Positions 8,761-17,498 of a stretch of DNA of 41,122 nucleotides are shown here, piece by piece (within the stretch, counting starts at the first letter, position 1; each line of letters starts with the position of its first letter). Under the pieces are notes generated by a model. That model had not been told where the DNA came from. It was given only the letters and a program-made list of their open reading frames with translations, and searched no databases. Source of the stretch: an uncultured Bacilli bacterium (GTDB lineage Bacteria; Bacillota_I; Bacilli_A; RF39; UBA660); the NCBI GenBank assembly GCA_944372025.1, contig CALVYE010000002.1:1-41122 (forward strand), written 5' to 3'. The position numbers were made by a program, and so were the translations under genes.

Positions 8761-10682
8761 TATTGACTACCTCCGTTTTTAGGTTCTCTTAAATAAATGA
8801 AACATCTAAACCCACTATATCTACTCGTAGTAATATTGCTTTGATAATTAAAACATCCTGTACCGTTTCCTTCACAATTTTGCATACGTGCTGTGGTATT
8901 TCCACTTACTATACTTCTAGCACTTCTTCCATATAATCCAAAGCCTATTCCAGCTTCGCTTATATCAAACGTTCCATCTGCGTTTACTTTTTCTACAAAT
9001 GCTACATGTCCGTATGGTGCATATGACCAAGAAATTAATGAACCAGCTTTTGGAACAGTACCCGTATTAAATTTTTGAGCATCAGCACTATCACAGAATT
9101 CTCCTCCATTTGGACTCACAGTCCATGTTTCAGTACTGTTAATTGAAGCTAAAAACTCTGCTGCACGTCCTGTAGCATACCATGCACATTCACCTTCATA
9201 TCCAGCAGCAAATCCAGCATTTTGGCTACTATAATAAAATTGATTGGTTCTATTTGGTCTTGTAGTTCTTGATTCGATTGGTGTATCATCACCACCAAAG
9301 CTAAAATTGTATTCTGAATATTCATCTTGTATTTCATAAATGGTTTTTATAATACTTTCAGCTTTTTTTACTAAGGCTTCTCCTTCTAAATCATTACCAT
9401 ACGAATCCTTAAAAGCATCTCTATATGCATTATAAATATAACCGTTTTTATATTTATCAACTTGACTTCTTTCTTCTTCAGTGGGTTCCTTATACGACCA
9501 AAAATCATTTGATATTGTAGATACAGGTGCAGATCCAAGAGTAGTTGGGAGAGAATCTGGTAATACTGCCCCCGCTTCTATTCCTGTTTGTGTTAGACCG
9601 TTTTCTCCAAAATAGTCTCTACTAACATATACATCTATTTTAAGAGGATTATTGGTTTCCATACATGCACCACAAGAATCTATTACCATTGCTTGATATG
9701 ATTCACCATTGATATTAAGAGGAATTACATCTCCGTATTGATAATAAGTAATCCCTTCCATTGAATCCCAATTATATCCTTCCCCTAAAAGATATGTAGT
9801 AGGAGCTGCAACAGCTAAATATTCCATTCCAGTATCAGGGTCTTTATACATCCACCACCCTTTTTCATTGAGTCTAAATCTTTCAGATTTATTCCCATAT
9901 GGGCTCATTCCATCCCATCCTACTTTACCATCTATAAAATTTGTAAGTCTTATTTCACCAGTTGCGCTACTGCTTGTTCCCGTATTGCTTGCTTTTTCAG
10001 CATCTAATTGTTCTTTGCTAGCATAAGTTCCAAAACGTAAATATGCTAAATAATTTGCATTTGATGGAGTTACATTTCCTAAAGGTAATGAGTCCACAGT
10101 TGTATTTATTAAATTTGCGGCTGCATTTAAAAGTGCAAATGGGGGGTTTGCTATTGTTTCATAAACTGATGGATCCGCATTAGAAGGAAGTGAAAAAACT
10201 TTATTTACTTGATGTTCTACAAGCTTTCTCATATCACCTATCATATTACCATATGGAATTGACATTACATCGGCTCTTGCTTCATCAAAATTTTCATAAT
10301 CTTCTCCTAAATCTTGTTCAGCAGGATTTTCACCAATATATAACTGTTTAGTCATTAAGGTAGACATTATGAGAGCGCCATTTATCGTAACTCCTCTATC
10401 TCTATAATATTTTGTTTTATTTTGAAAAGTTCTAACGAAAGCTTCTTCATCATCAGACCATCCTTCACCTTTTAAAAAGTGATCAAGTTTATTAAAAAAG
10501 TCAGCAGTGCCAGTTTGAATTGATTCAACAGCAGAGTTTATTGGCTCTATTATACCCGCTATTGCTATTACAGGTAGAAGCATCATAATTATTGACATAA
10601 GTAAAGCTGCGCCTAATCCAATAATTAAAATTTTTCTACCTGTTTTTGATTTTAAAGCAGTGCCTATCAATTTTAAATGCAT
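8760..10682 (-). CDS. Membrane-anchored cell-wall hydrolase with a C-terminal CHAP domain (VirB1 functional analogue of the CwlT/TcpG/PrgK class)
   Basis: N-terminal TM helix. CHAP-type Cys and His motifs (GECAWYATGRA ... GHVAFVEKV). The central segment GDVIPLNINGESYQAMVIDSCGAC resembles a 3D/RlpA-like barrel, with low confidence. Confidence 0.7.
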   Translation of the reverse strand: MHLKLIGTALKSKTGRKILIIGLGAALLMSIIMMLLPVIAIAGIIEPINSAVESIQTGTADFFNKLDHFLKGEGWSDDEEAFVRTFQNKTKYYRDRGVTINGALIMSTLMTKQLYIGENPAEQDLGEDYENFDEARADVMSIPYGNMIGDMRKLVEHQVNKVFSLPSNADPSVYETIANPPFALLNAAANLINTTVDSLPLGNVTPSNANYLAYLRFGTYASKEQLDAEKASNTGTSSSATGEIRLTNFIDGKVGWDGMSPYGNKSERFRLNEKGWWMYKDPDTGMEYLAVAAPTTYLLGEGYNWDSMEGITYYQYGDVIPLNINGESYQAMVIDSCGACMETNNPLKIDVYVSRDYFGENGLTQTGIEAGAVLPDSLPTTLGSAPVSTISNDFWSYKEPTEEERSQVDKYKNGYIYNAYRDAFKDSYGNDLEGEALVKKAESIIKTIYEIQDEYSEYNFSFGGDDTPIESRTTRPNRTNQFYYSSQNAGFAAGYEGECAWYATGRAAEFLASINSTETWTVSPNGGEFCDSADAQKFNTGTVPKAGSLISWSYAPYGHVAFVEKVNADGTFDISEAGIGFGLYGRSARSIVSGNTTARMQNCEGNGTGCFNYQSNITTSRYSGFRCFIYLREPKNGGSQ

Positions 10683-10709
10683 TTTTGATCACCCTCTTAC
10701 ATCAGGCTT

Positions 10710-12494
10710 TTACAATCCTCCACGTTCACCAAATGATTCTAGTTCTTGTGGTGTGACTACTATATTAATTCTCATACGTCTACTACCACATATAAATAAG
10801 GCTTCCCCTTGGTTATATCTTTTAATACTATCTTTTTCATTATCATTTAAATCTATTAATTTAGCTAAGTCATCAACTGCTTGTTTTCTAAGTCCCATTA
10901 CTAGATAATAAGATGCATTATCAAAGATTGCTTTACCTTGAGTTATTACAGCAGGATCAGAGAAGTCAGTTGGTTGTTGTGTACTTATTATTGTTCCTGA
11001 ATTATACTTTCTAGCACGTCTTTGAACCTGTGCTAGGAAGTCCGCACCTAAAGTATTATTTCCAGCAAGTAAAATATGTGCTTCATCTACATAGAATGCT
11101 GTATTTTTACTTTTATCAAGACATAGTCCCCAAGCATATTTTAAAACGTTAAAGAACAATGCGTTTTTAATATTTGCATCAGCATTCATTAGTTCTTTTA
11201 TATTAAATACTATAAATTCACTATGAAGAGTTATAGTTGTATGTCCGTCGAAATAGTATTTTAATTCGTTAGTTAATGGTCTAATCTTAATTTCTAGTTT
11301 TTCCATTATTTCTCTTTCATGAGTTCTTTCTTGCATTGCAAGTAATCTACCTGTTATTGTTGCATACACATCTCTAAAAGTTGGAAAATCTTCGCTTCTA
11401 AATCTTGCAAAGTCTGTATTGAAATCAATTCCAAATCTTCTATATGTGTCTTGAACAACTTCAGAGAATAGATTTAATACATCTTCTGTAATATCAGGTG
11501 AATAATATTTCATGAAAGCTTTAATATTTTGTAGTGCATTTGTAAGTACTGTATATCCTAGGCCTTGTCCACTTTCATCATCAGCATCTAGAATAATTTC
11601 TAGTGGATTTATCATACCATATTCTCCACCTTTACCAAGGTCAATGAAATCACCATCATAAAGTTTGGTCATATCTTCAAGTTCACCTTCAGGATCGATA
11701 GCGACAATTTGGTGAGAATTTCTTATATGGCTTCTTAGTAACACTTTAGCAGCAGTTGATTTACCACTACCAGAAGTACCAAGGATAATCATATTAGCAT
11801 TATTTCTATTGTGCTCTTTTTTAATTTGATATAAAAATTGGTTAAATAGGATAACTCCACCAGAGAAATCTATACCAAGAAGTGTAGATAAACCAGGATC
11901 TTTAACACTATCAAATATAAATGGATACATAGCTGACATAGTTGCAGAAGGCATAGGTGTACCTATTCTTTCTTCAATATCTTGTTTTGGGAAAATAGGT
12001 ATTATTGATTTTAAAACTTTTTCTTGTTCAAAGTTTAAAATTACCGCACTCATTTCCATTGATTCAATGAAATTTTTAACTTGAACTTTCTTTTGTTCAA
12101 GACCTTCTTTAGAATCTGCCGTAAGCATTAAATGCATTTGAAAATCGAAGATTTTTGCTTGAGAAGCTGCTAGGTTTTGAATAAAGTATTCTAAAGATTC
12201 ATAGTCTTGTCTAATCCTTTCTTGGATTGTAATATCTTTTTCATTAGAATATCTATTCTTTAAATCTGCAATTTCTTTATTAAGCATTTTTCTTAATATA
12301 TCAAAAGCAATAGGAATATGTTTGATAACTACTTTTATACCAGACATATTAGTCAAATCAGAAAGATAACCAGGACTTATATATTTTGGATAAGAAATTA
12401 TGGTCATTATAGTGGCATATTTACCACTTATTACGAAATCACCAGGATTAAATTGAAGACCTTTAGGTGCTAATTGGGCTTTTAAACGCATCAT
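10710..12494 (-). CDS. VirB4-family conjugation ATPase, C-terminal approximately 3/4 (ATPase body)
   Basis: Walker A GTSGSGKST and Walker B-like AFYVDEAH. The N-terminal GKYATIMTIISYPKYISPGYLSDL segment is typical of Gram-positive VirB4 (TrsE/Orf16/PrgJ class). The start overlaps the upstream stop (ATGA). Confidence 0.8.
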   Translation of the reverse strand: MMRLKAQLAPKGLQFNPGDFVISGKYATIMTIISYPKYISPGYLSDLTNMSGIKVVIKHIPIAFDILRKMLNKEIADLKNRYSNEKDITIQERIRQDYESLEYFIQNLAASQAKIFDFQMHLMLTADSKEGLEQKKVQVKNFIESMEMSAVILNFEQEKVLKSIIPIFPKQDIEERIGTPMPSATMSAMYPFIFDSVKDPGLSTLLGIDFSGGVILFNQFLYQIKKEHNRNNANMIILGTSGSGKSTAAKVLLRSHIRNSHQIVAIDPEGELEDMTKLYDGDFIDLGKGGEYGMINPLEIILDADDESGQGLGYTVLTNALQNIKAFMKYYSPDITEDVLNLFSEVVQDTYRRFGIDFNTDFARFRSEDFPTFRDVYATITGRLLAMQERTHEREIMEKLEIKIRPLTNELKYYFDGHTTITLHSEFIVFNIKELMNADANIKNALFFNVLKYAWGLCLDKSKNTAFYVDEAHILLAGNNTLGADFLAQVQRRARKYNSGTIISTQQPTDFSDPAVITQGKAIFDNASYYLVMGLRKQAVDDLAKLIDLNDNEKDSIKRYNQGEALFICGSRRMRINIVVTPQELESFGERGGL

Positions 12495-13177
12495 GATGGC
12501 AACACCGTATTAAATGTAGTACTTCTTCCATTATTTAGGAAGTTATCAAGTAATACTCTTAAGTCTTCATTTGTGGTTTGCATAGCAACTAATCCTGTAC
12601 CCGTAAATCCGCTTATTAAATCCCTTAATTTCTTTTGCATTACATCATCCTTCTTTTCTTGGAACAATAAATAATACTCAGTATCAACTACATCATTATC
12701 AATGAACAGTTGGGCTTTATCCAAATCTTCAGTTATTAGCTTTCTAATTTTTGGATTTGGAGTATTATTATAAAGTAATTGTAATTGTGAAATATAAAGT
12801 GTTATATCTACAGGTCTATCTGCCACTATAATCCAAAATTCATAATCTATTGTGTTATATAAATTTCTTAGAGAAATTAAAATATTAGCTTGTGATTCTG
12901 GATCAAGTATAAAGATATTTCTAGGAGTAATTTTAACACCTGTAACTTTCCATTTATTTTCCAAAATTATTGTTCCATTTTGTATATTTTCTACAGTTAT
13001 CCAATTTTCTGCATACTTTCTTGCTTGTTCATCTGTCTTACTAACAGGTTTTGGTGTTGGTCTTGGTGTTGAAGCTTGATTTGTTCTTGGCGCACCACTT
13101 TGTGATTGTGGCGCATTGTTATTTTGCGGTTGAGTAACAGTTGTCCTTGGTTGTTGATTATTGGTTATAATAGCCAT
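12491..13177 (-). CDS. VirB4 N-terminal module encoded as a separate ORF, with a Q/P/N-rich disordered leader
   Basis: WITVENIQNGTIILENKWKVTGVKITPRNIFILDPESQANILISLRNLY... matches the pattern at the N-terminus of full-length Gram-positive VirB4 proteins. AAGGAGGTG RBS present. 228 + 594 aa gives 822 aa, about the full-length VirB4 size. Confidence 0.55.
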   Translation of the reverse strand: MAIITNNQQPRTTVTQPQNNNAPQSQSGAPRTNQASTPRPTPKPVSKTDEQARKYAENWITVENIQNGTIILENKWKVTGVKITPRNIFILDPESQANILISLRNLYNTIDYEFWIIVADRPVDITLYISQLQLLYNNTPNPKIRKLITEDLDKAQLFIDNDVVDTEYYLLFQEKKDDVMQKKLRDLISGFTGTGLVAMQTTNEDLRVLLDNFLNNGRSTTFNTVLPS

Positions 13178-13210
13178 AATCTAAACACCTCCTTATTATT
13201 CTTTATATAT

Positions 13211-13528
13211 TTATTTAAAATCGTCATCATCATATATACACCAGCCTCGCCATATATATATTCTGCGTTGTGTAAAAAATCTAAATATATTCATAATTAC
13301 CACTAATACATTGTGATAATTAGGTACTGGCATAACTAAGAATGCACATATTCCTGCAGGTAATAAAGTAATTATTACTTGCCACAATTCTTTTGTTAAT
13401 CCTAACATAATTAGTACTAAGGTAACTCCTATACCTGATGCTAAAATACCTAAATCTATAGGTCTAAATAATCCTAAGATTAACTTGCTTTTTTTAGAAT
13501 TAGCAGGTATTAAATATGATTCATCCAT
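13211..13528 (-). CDS. PrgI-family / VirB3-like small membrane protein
   Basis: 105 aa with two TM helices. Begins YLIPANSKKSKLILGLFRPIDLGIL, as PrgI/Orf17-type proteins do. Positioned immediately upstream of VirB4. Confidence 0.5.
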   Translation of the reverse strand: MDESYLIPANSKKSKLILGLFRPIDLGILASGIGVTLVLIMLGLTKELWQVIITLLPAGICAFLVMPVPNYHNVLVVIMNIFRFFTQRRIYIWRGWCIYDDDDFK

Positions 13529-13545
13529 TTATATCACCCTTTTTC

Positions 13546-15525
13546 TTATTTTTTACCACTATTCATTAACTTTTCTTCATGTTCAACAACTTTATTAGCA
13601 ACAGATTGTGCATATTTATCAATTTCTAATCTTTCGGCTGCTGTAGTAGGTCTTATAGCATCACCAGCATCATCATATATATTTTGATAGAAGTTTCTTA
13701 CAATGCCATCGGCACCTGTTACATTGTTTTGATAATCACCACTGTATGTTTCTGGATCTATTCCCGCAGATTTACAATATGATTCGTATGCACCTTTATT
13801 TTTAAAGTTACCATCAGAATTAACTTGTAACTCTGTTCCATTTGTAAGACCTCTATTAACACGATCTTTTATAATATCCATAGCATTTTGCATATTTTGA
13901 ACTTTATATCCCGCATTTATTGCATTAACTTTAGCAGCTTTTAAACCAGGCGTTTTTTCTCTTTCTGGAGTTGCATATGCTAATTGTCTTGTTAAACTGT
14001 CTTGCCCTGCAGCTATCATTCCACCAAATCCAGCATCTCTACCTTTTAATGTTTGCGAAACTAAATTTCTACCCAATACTGATCTGTTATATACACCTTT
14101 ATCATTATAATTTTTCTTTTGTAATCTAGCTAAAGATTCAGCAGCTGTTGCTTTTCCACGGATTTTTGTGTTATTCCAAGAATTTTTCAAATTTTCTCGG
14201 ATTGCTTTACCTTTTTCACCCTTGCCGCCTTTAACCAGTCCTTTAACTGTTCCTGCAGCAACACCTCCTAAAAGACCAGCACCAGCACCAACTGCTCCTG
14301 CAGCAGCACCTCCTAAAAGACCAACACCGGCACCAACAGGTCCTGCTTTTGAAAGCTTATTTCTAAAGCTAAGACCATAATCACTTGATCCATCGCCTTT
14401 AATACCAAACATATCTTTAATTAGATCTGGTGCTTGTTTAGCAAACATTAATAACCCCAGAATTACTGCAGCTTTAGCAAATAAAGCTGTAGCAAAATCA
14501 ACAGATTCATTAACTTCACTTAAATTGTTTATTAATGAAGGTACTAAACGTATAATATATATAATAAAATATATTATTGCCAAGCGAATAAATATATCAG
14601 CATATGCCATTAATGAAGATTTTGCCCATTTATAAAATGGTCCATCTTTTTTACCATCAATATAACTTACAATTGGAATGGGTGCAATAATTTGATAAAA
14701 AGAAAGTTTAGCTACTCTAAGTCCAATATCCAAACAATATACAGCGAATATAAATGCCGCAAAACCTCCTGCTATTGTCGAGATTAAAAATGTATAGTCG
14801 ATACAAAATTCGTCTTTTCCTGTATCACTGCTCTCATATACATTTGTTATTACCGGAAACATTGTAGACACCCCTGTATTTGTATCTACGGCACCACTGT
14901 CTGATATTCTATAAAGCTCAAGTAACGCAGATAGGCTATCATTACATGCATCTTTTGCGTCAGCGTTCAAAATTGTGCTTGGATCTAAATCTTCTATATT
15001 CATAATATTCTGATCAGGATTTTCCATAGCATTAGCATTTATCGAAACAAAACTAGAAAATATTTGATTTGATATATTCTGTCCATCGTCTATATCTTCT
15101 GAGCTATTATCGTTGTAATTATCATTACCAATTATAACTTTTCCAATAACATTTTCAGATAAAACAATTTCCTGTAATTGATAAGCTCTGTTAAATATTT
15201 CGGGTATAATAATAATTAGTGCCAACATTACAAAAATTCTTGTAGCAATTTTTCCAACACTTTTTTCCCCTTTAGATCCATCACTAGGACTTACCATCAT
15301 ATTTATAAGTACAAAAACAACTTTAAATAATGCATAGACACCTATTAAAACATAAAGTCTCTCAAATAATTCAACATAGAAAGGATCTTCAGAAGAAAAG
15401 AGTCTAATTTGTGAGATAGCATTGAATAAATTATAAAAAATTCTGACACATGTATATACTACCAAATCCAAAAGCATGAAGAGTAATCTAAAAAGTGTCA
15501 TAAATAATCTTTCATACCATGCCAT
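13546..15525 (-). CDS. Polytopic VirB6/TrbL-like T4SS channel protein with a Gly/Ala-rich segment and a soluble C-terminal domain
   Basis: At least six hydrophobic helices. Contains the segment GPVGAGVGLLGGAAAGAVGAGAGLLGGVAAG and a hydrophilic tail of about 190 aa. Sits between the VirB2-like and VirB3/VirB4-like genes. Confidence 0.55.
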   Translation of the reverse strand: MAWYERLFMTLFRLLFMLLDLVVYTCVRIFYNLFNAISQIRLFSSEDPFYVELFERLYVLIGVYALFKVVFVLINMMVSPSDGSKGEKSVGKIATRIFVMLALIIIIPEIFNRAYQLQEIVLSENVIGKVIIGNDNYNDNSSEDIDDGQNISNQIFSSFVSINANAMENPDQNIMNIEDLDPSTILNADAKDACNDSLSALLELYRISDSGAVDTNTGVSTMFPVITNVYESSDTGKDEFCIDYTFLISTIAGGFAAFIFAVYCLDIGLRVAKLSFYQIIAPIPIVSYIDGKKDGPFYKWAKSSLMAYADIFIRLAIIYFIIYIIRLVPSLINNLSEVNESVDFATALFAKAAVILGLLMFAKQAPDLIKDMFGIKGDGSSDYGLSFRNKLSKAGPVGAGVGLLGGAAAGAVGAGAGLLGGVAAGTVKGLVKGGKGEKGKAIRENLKNSWNNTKIRGKATAAESLARLQKKNYNDKGVYNRSVLGRNLVSQTLKGRDAGFGGMIAAGQDSLTRQLAYATPEREKTPGLKAAKVNAINAGYKVQNMQNAMDIIKDRVNRGLTNGTELQVNSDGNFKNKGAYESYCKSAGIDPETYSGDYQNNVTGADGIVRNFYQNIYDDAGDAIRPTTAAERLEIDKYAQSVANKVVEHEEKLMNSGKK

Positions 15526-15542
15526 ACCAATTTACTCCTTTC

Positions 15543-15938
15543 TCAGAATCTAATTAATGCGTCTAAACACGTATTTCCAAAACCAGCAACATTTAAAATA
15601 AAACTTAATATCATAGGTACAAAAAATATTGTTATCCCTATTATCAATCTTTTTACAAAATCACTCTGAGCTTGTTTTATTTTTTCATCATTTTGTGCCA
15701 CTATAGCTTTAACAAAATCTATAGTACCAAGCAAAATCAGAAGTATTGGAATAAATATTTTAACCATGCCCAATATATCTTGAATATATCCTGCTGTACA
15801 AGGATAATCAGGACACGCAGAAACTTCTTCGACAGGGCAATCCAAAGTATCTGCATAACCTAATTTATATCCAACAAAAAACATAAAAAAGGTTAATACA
15901 ATTAATAATTTATAACTTTTGTATCTATTTTTGGACAT
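15543..15938 (-). CDS. VirB2/TrbC-like small membrane protein, paralogue 2 (signal peptide, two TM helices)
   Basis: Signal peptide, then a Cys-containing N-terminal stretch, then two helices split by the loop QNDEKIKQAQSDFVKR. Clearly paralogous to the 16042-16404 product. Confidence 0.4.
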   Translation of the reverse strand: MSKNRYKSYKLLIVLTFFMFFVGYKLGYADTLDCPVEEVSACPDYPCTAGYIQDILGMVKIFIPILLILLGTIDFVKAIVAQNDEKIKQAQSDFVKRLIIGITIFFVPMILSFILNVAGFGNTCLDALIRF

Positions 15939-15992
15939 GCTAAAACCTCCATACAGTATAAGATATATACATTATATCATAAAATAAATCAA

Positions 15993-16022
15993 AAAAACAG
16001 AAAAAATTAATTTTCTGTTTTT
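15993..16022 (-). terminator. Hairpin terminator or attenuator between the two VirB2-like genes
   Basis: CAGAAAA / TTTTCTG stem extended by A/T runs on both sides. Confidence 0.45.
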
Positions 16023-16041
16023 GGTATTTTTATCCTGTTTT

Positions 16042-16404
16042 TTAAACGTCTACTTTACATTCAGCATTGTTAGGACTAGTAATACATTTTAAACATTGTG
16101 TATCTGTACTTTGATTTAACATACTCATTAATAAAGTAACAATACTAGGTATAAAGAATATAATTACCCCAACAATTGCTCTTTTCAAAAGTGTTGATTG
16201 AGCTTTTTTAATTTCATCATCTTTAGAAGCCATAACAGCTTTTGTTAAATCGATACTTCCCATTAAAATAAGTATAATTGGAACAGCAATTTTAATTATT
16301 GTTATAATATTCCCAATAAATCCAAATATAGATAATAAACCTGTATCTGGATCACATATACCAGTACCATCAGCTGCACTTGCCATAATATTAATTAAAT
16401 CCAT
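16042..16404 (-). CDS. VirB2/TrbC-like small membrane protein, paralogue 1
   Basis: 120 aa with the same two-helix core (PIILILMGSIDLTKAVMASKDDEIKKAQSTLLKRAIVGVIIFFIPSI) and a Cys-containing tail. GAGGAGG RBS present. Confidence 0.4.
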   Translation of the reverse strand: MDLINIMASAADGTGICDPDTGLLSIFGFIGNIITIIKIAVPIILILMGSIDLTKAVMASKDDEIKKAQSTLLKRAIVGVIIFFIPSIVTLLMSMLNQSTDTQCLKCITSPNNAECKVDV

Positions 16405-16486
16405 ATATTTTCCTCCTCAAAAGTTATCAATAATTTAATTACAAAACAATTATATCAATATATATTTATTTTGTAAATAAAAAATC

Positions 16487-16909
16487 TTATTTTTGAACAT
16501 TATTTACATCATCTGTGCTATTATTTTCTTCAACTTTAGCTTTTATTACATCTATATAGTAATATTTGGGTGTTGTAGATGTATCTTGTACTTCTATGAC
16601 AATTTGATTATAGCCTTCTTTAAATTTTTCGTTACCTTTAACTGATACACTTGCACCTTTTTCATAAGGTACTATTGTTATATCTAAATAATCAACATCA
16701 TTGTTTACTTCTACTAAATATGCATATCTTTCAGGATTAAAATCAATTTCATAGTTTTCTATTAGCATATCTTGTATTCCAGGATTTTGAACTTCTTTTT
16801 TTACACCTTTTGTAAAATATAAAATGGTCATTACTATTAGAAGAACTGCTAAAGTAATATTTACAATAAATGATACTTTAAATCCTTTTTCCATATCTAT
16901 AGTAAACAT
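16487..16909 (-). CDS. Membrane-anchored protein with a cadherin-like beta-sandwich domain
   Basis: N-terminal TM helix. FNPERYAYLVEV...YLDITIVPYEKGASVSVKGNEKFKEGYNQIVIEVQD...YYYIDV fits the bacterial cadherin-like beta-sandwich pattern. Confidence 0.45.
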   Translation of the reverse strand: MFTIDMEKGFKVSFIVNITLAVLLIVMTILYFTKGVKKEVQNPGIQDMLIENYEIDFNPERYAYLVEVNNDVDYLDITIVPYEKGASVSVKGNEKFKEGYNQIVIEVQDTSTTPKYYYIDVIKAKVEENNSTDDVNNVQK

Positions 16910-16966
16910 AGTATCAACTCCTATTATGTCTATATTATAACAAAATAATGATTTATTAACAATAAT

Positions 16967-16993
16967 AAAAAAGCAAATGTTATTTGCTTTTTA
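16967..16993 (-). terminator. Rho-independent terminator after the Tad-module genes
   Basis: AGCAAAT / ATTTGCT stem with a 3-nt loop, flanked by A and T runs. Confidence 0.55.
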
Positions 16994-17007
16994 CACATTA
17001 CAATACT

Positions 17008-17448
17008 TTAATATAAATCCCAATCAGTATCATCTGCAGGTTTTGTTATGACCTTGGTTTCTCCTTTAACAGGAAAAGTAAATAAATTACCTACTATAGG
17101 TAAATTGAAACTAATATATGTTGTAACTTGATAATATATATCTTCATCATTAGTACCTGTTCTTAATCCCTTTATACATACACCTTTAGTATTTTCAGGA
17201 GAAACCCCTCCTTCTTCTCTACTTGAACAGTCTACATTTCTATAATATCCATTGTTAGTTATTACTTGACTTATTTCGACTTCAGAATTTTCATTATATC
17301 CTTCAAGCTGTTCTAATTTATTTATTACTGAATTTTTAATTCTAAATGCTTGTGAATAATTTATCGCAATTGCAAGAAAAGACGCAAAAAAGAAGATGAA
17401 AATAATCATCAGCTTAAATAAAAACGTACTTCCAACTGCTTCTCTCAT
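17008..17448 (-). CDS. TadE-like pseudopilin candidate
   Basis: MREAVG leader followed by a long hydrophobic helix, then a domain of about 100 aa. Lies next to the pilin and TadC-like genes. Confidence 0.4.
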   Translation of the reverse strand: MREAVGSTFLFKLMIIFIFFFASFLAIAINYSQAFRIKNSVINKLEQLEGYNENSEVEISQVITNNGYYRNVDCSSREEGGVSPENTKGVCIKGLRTGTNDEDIYYQVTTYISFNLPIVGNLFTFPVKGETKVITKPADDTDWDLY

Positions 17449-17498
17449 TTTACATCATCTTCCTTTTAAAAAATATAGGTTTTTATAAACATTTTAAA

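Noticed and set aside
9149-9337. 62-aa minus-strand ORF nested in another frame of the CHAP hydrolase gene, and the plus-strand ORF at 8893-9078.
   Set aside because: Both are fully embedded in a 640-aa gene with recognisable domains, and neither has an RBS or family resemblance.
12480-12500. Treating the split VirB4 simply as a pseudogene.
   Set aside because: The break is a clean ATGA overlap at the inter-domain linker. Both parts have intact frames, and the upstream part has a strong RBS. A frameshift cannot be excluded, so it is kept as a finding rather than annotated as a pseudogene.
14168-14380. Plus-strand ORF encoding a Pro/Ala/Thr-rich peptide (PAPAPTAPAAAPPKRPTPAPT).
   Set aside because: It is the antisense reading of the Gly/Ala-rich segment of the VirB6-like gene. 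It has no independent start signals.
16487-16909. The 140-aa protein as a true prepilin because of MEKG|F.
   Set aside because: The leader is longer and the residues after Gly (FKVSF) lack the conserved Glu. The cadherin-like domain with an uncleaved signal anchor is an equally good reading. I mention it only as a possibility.
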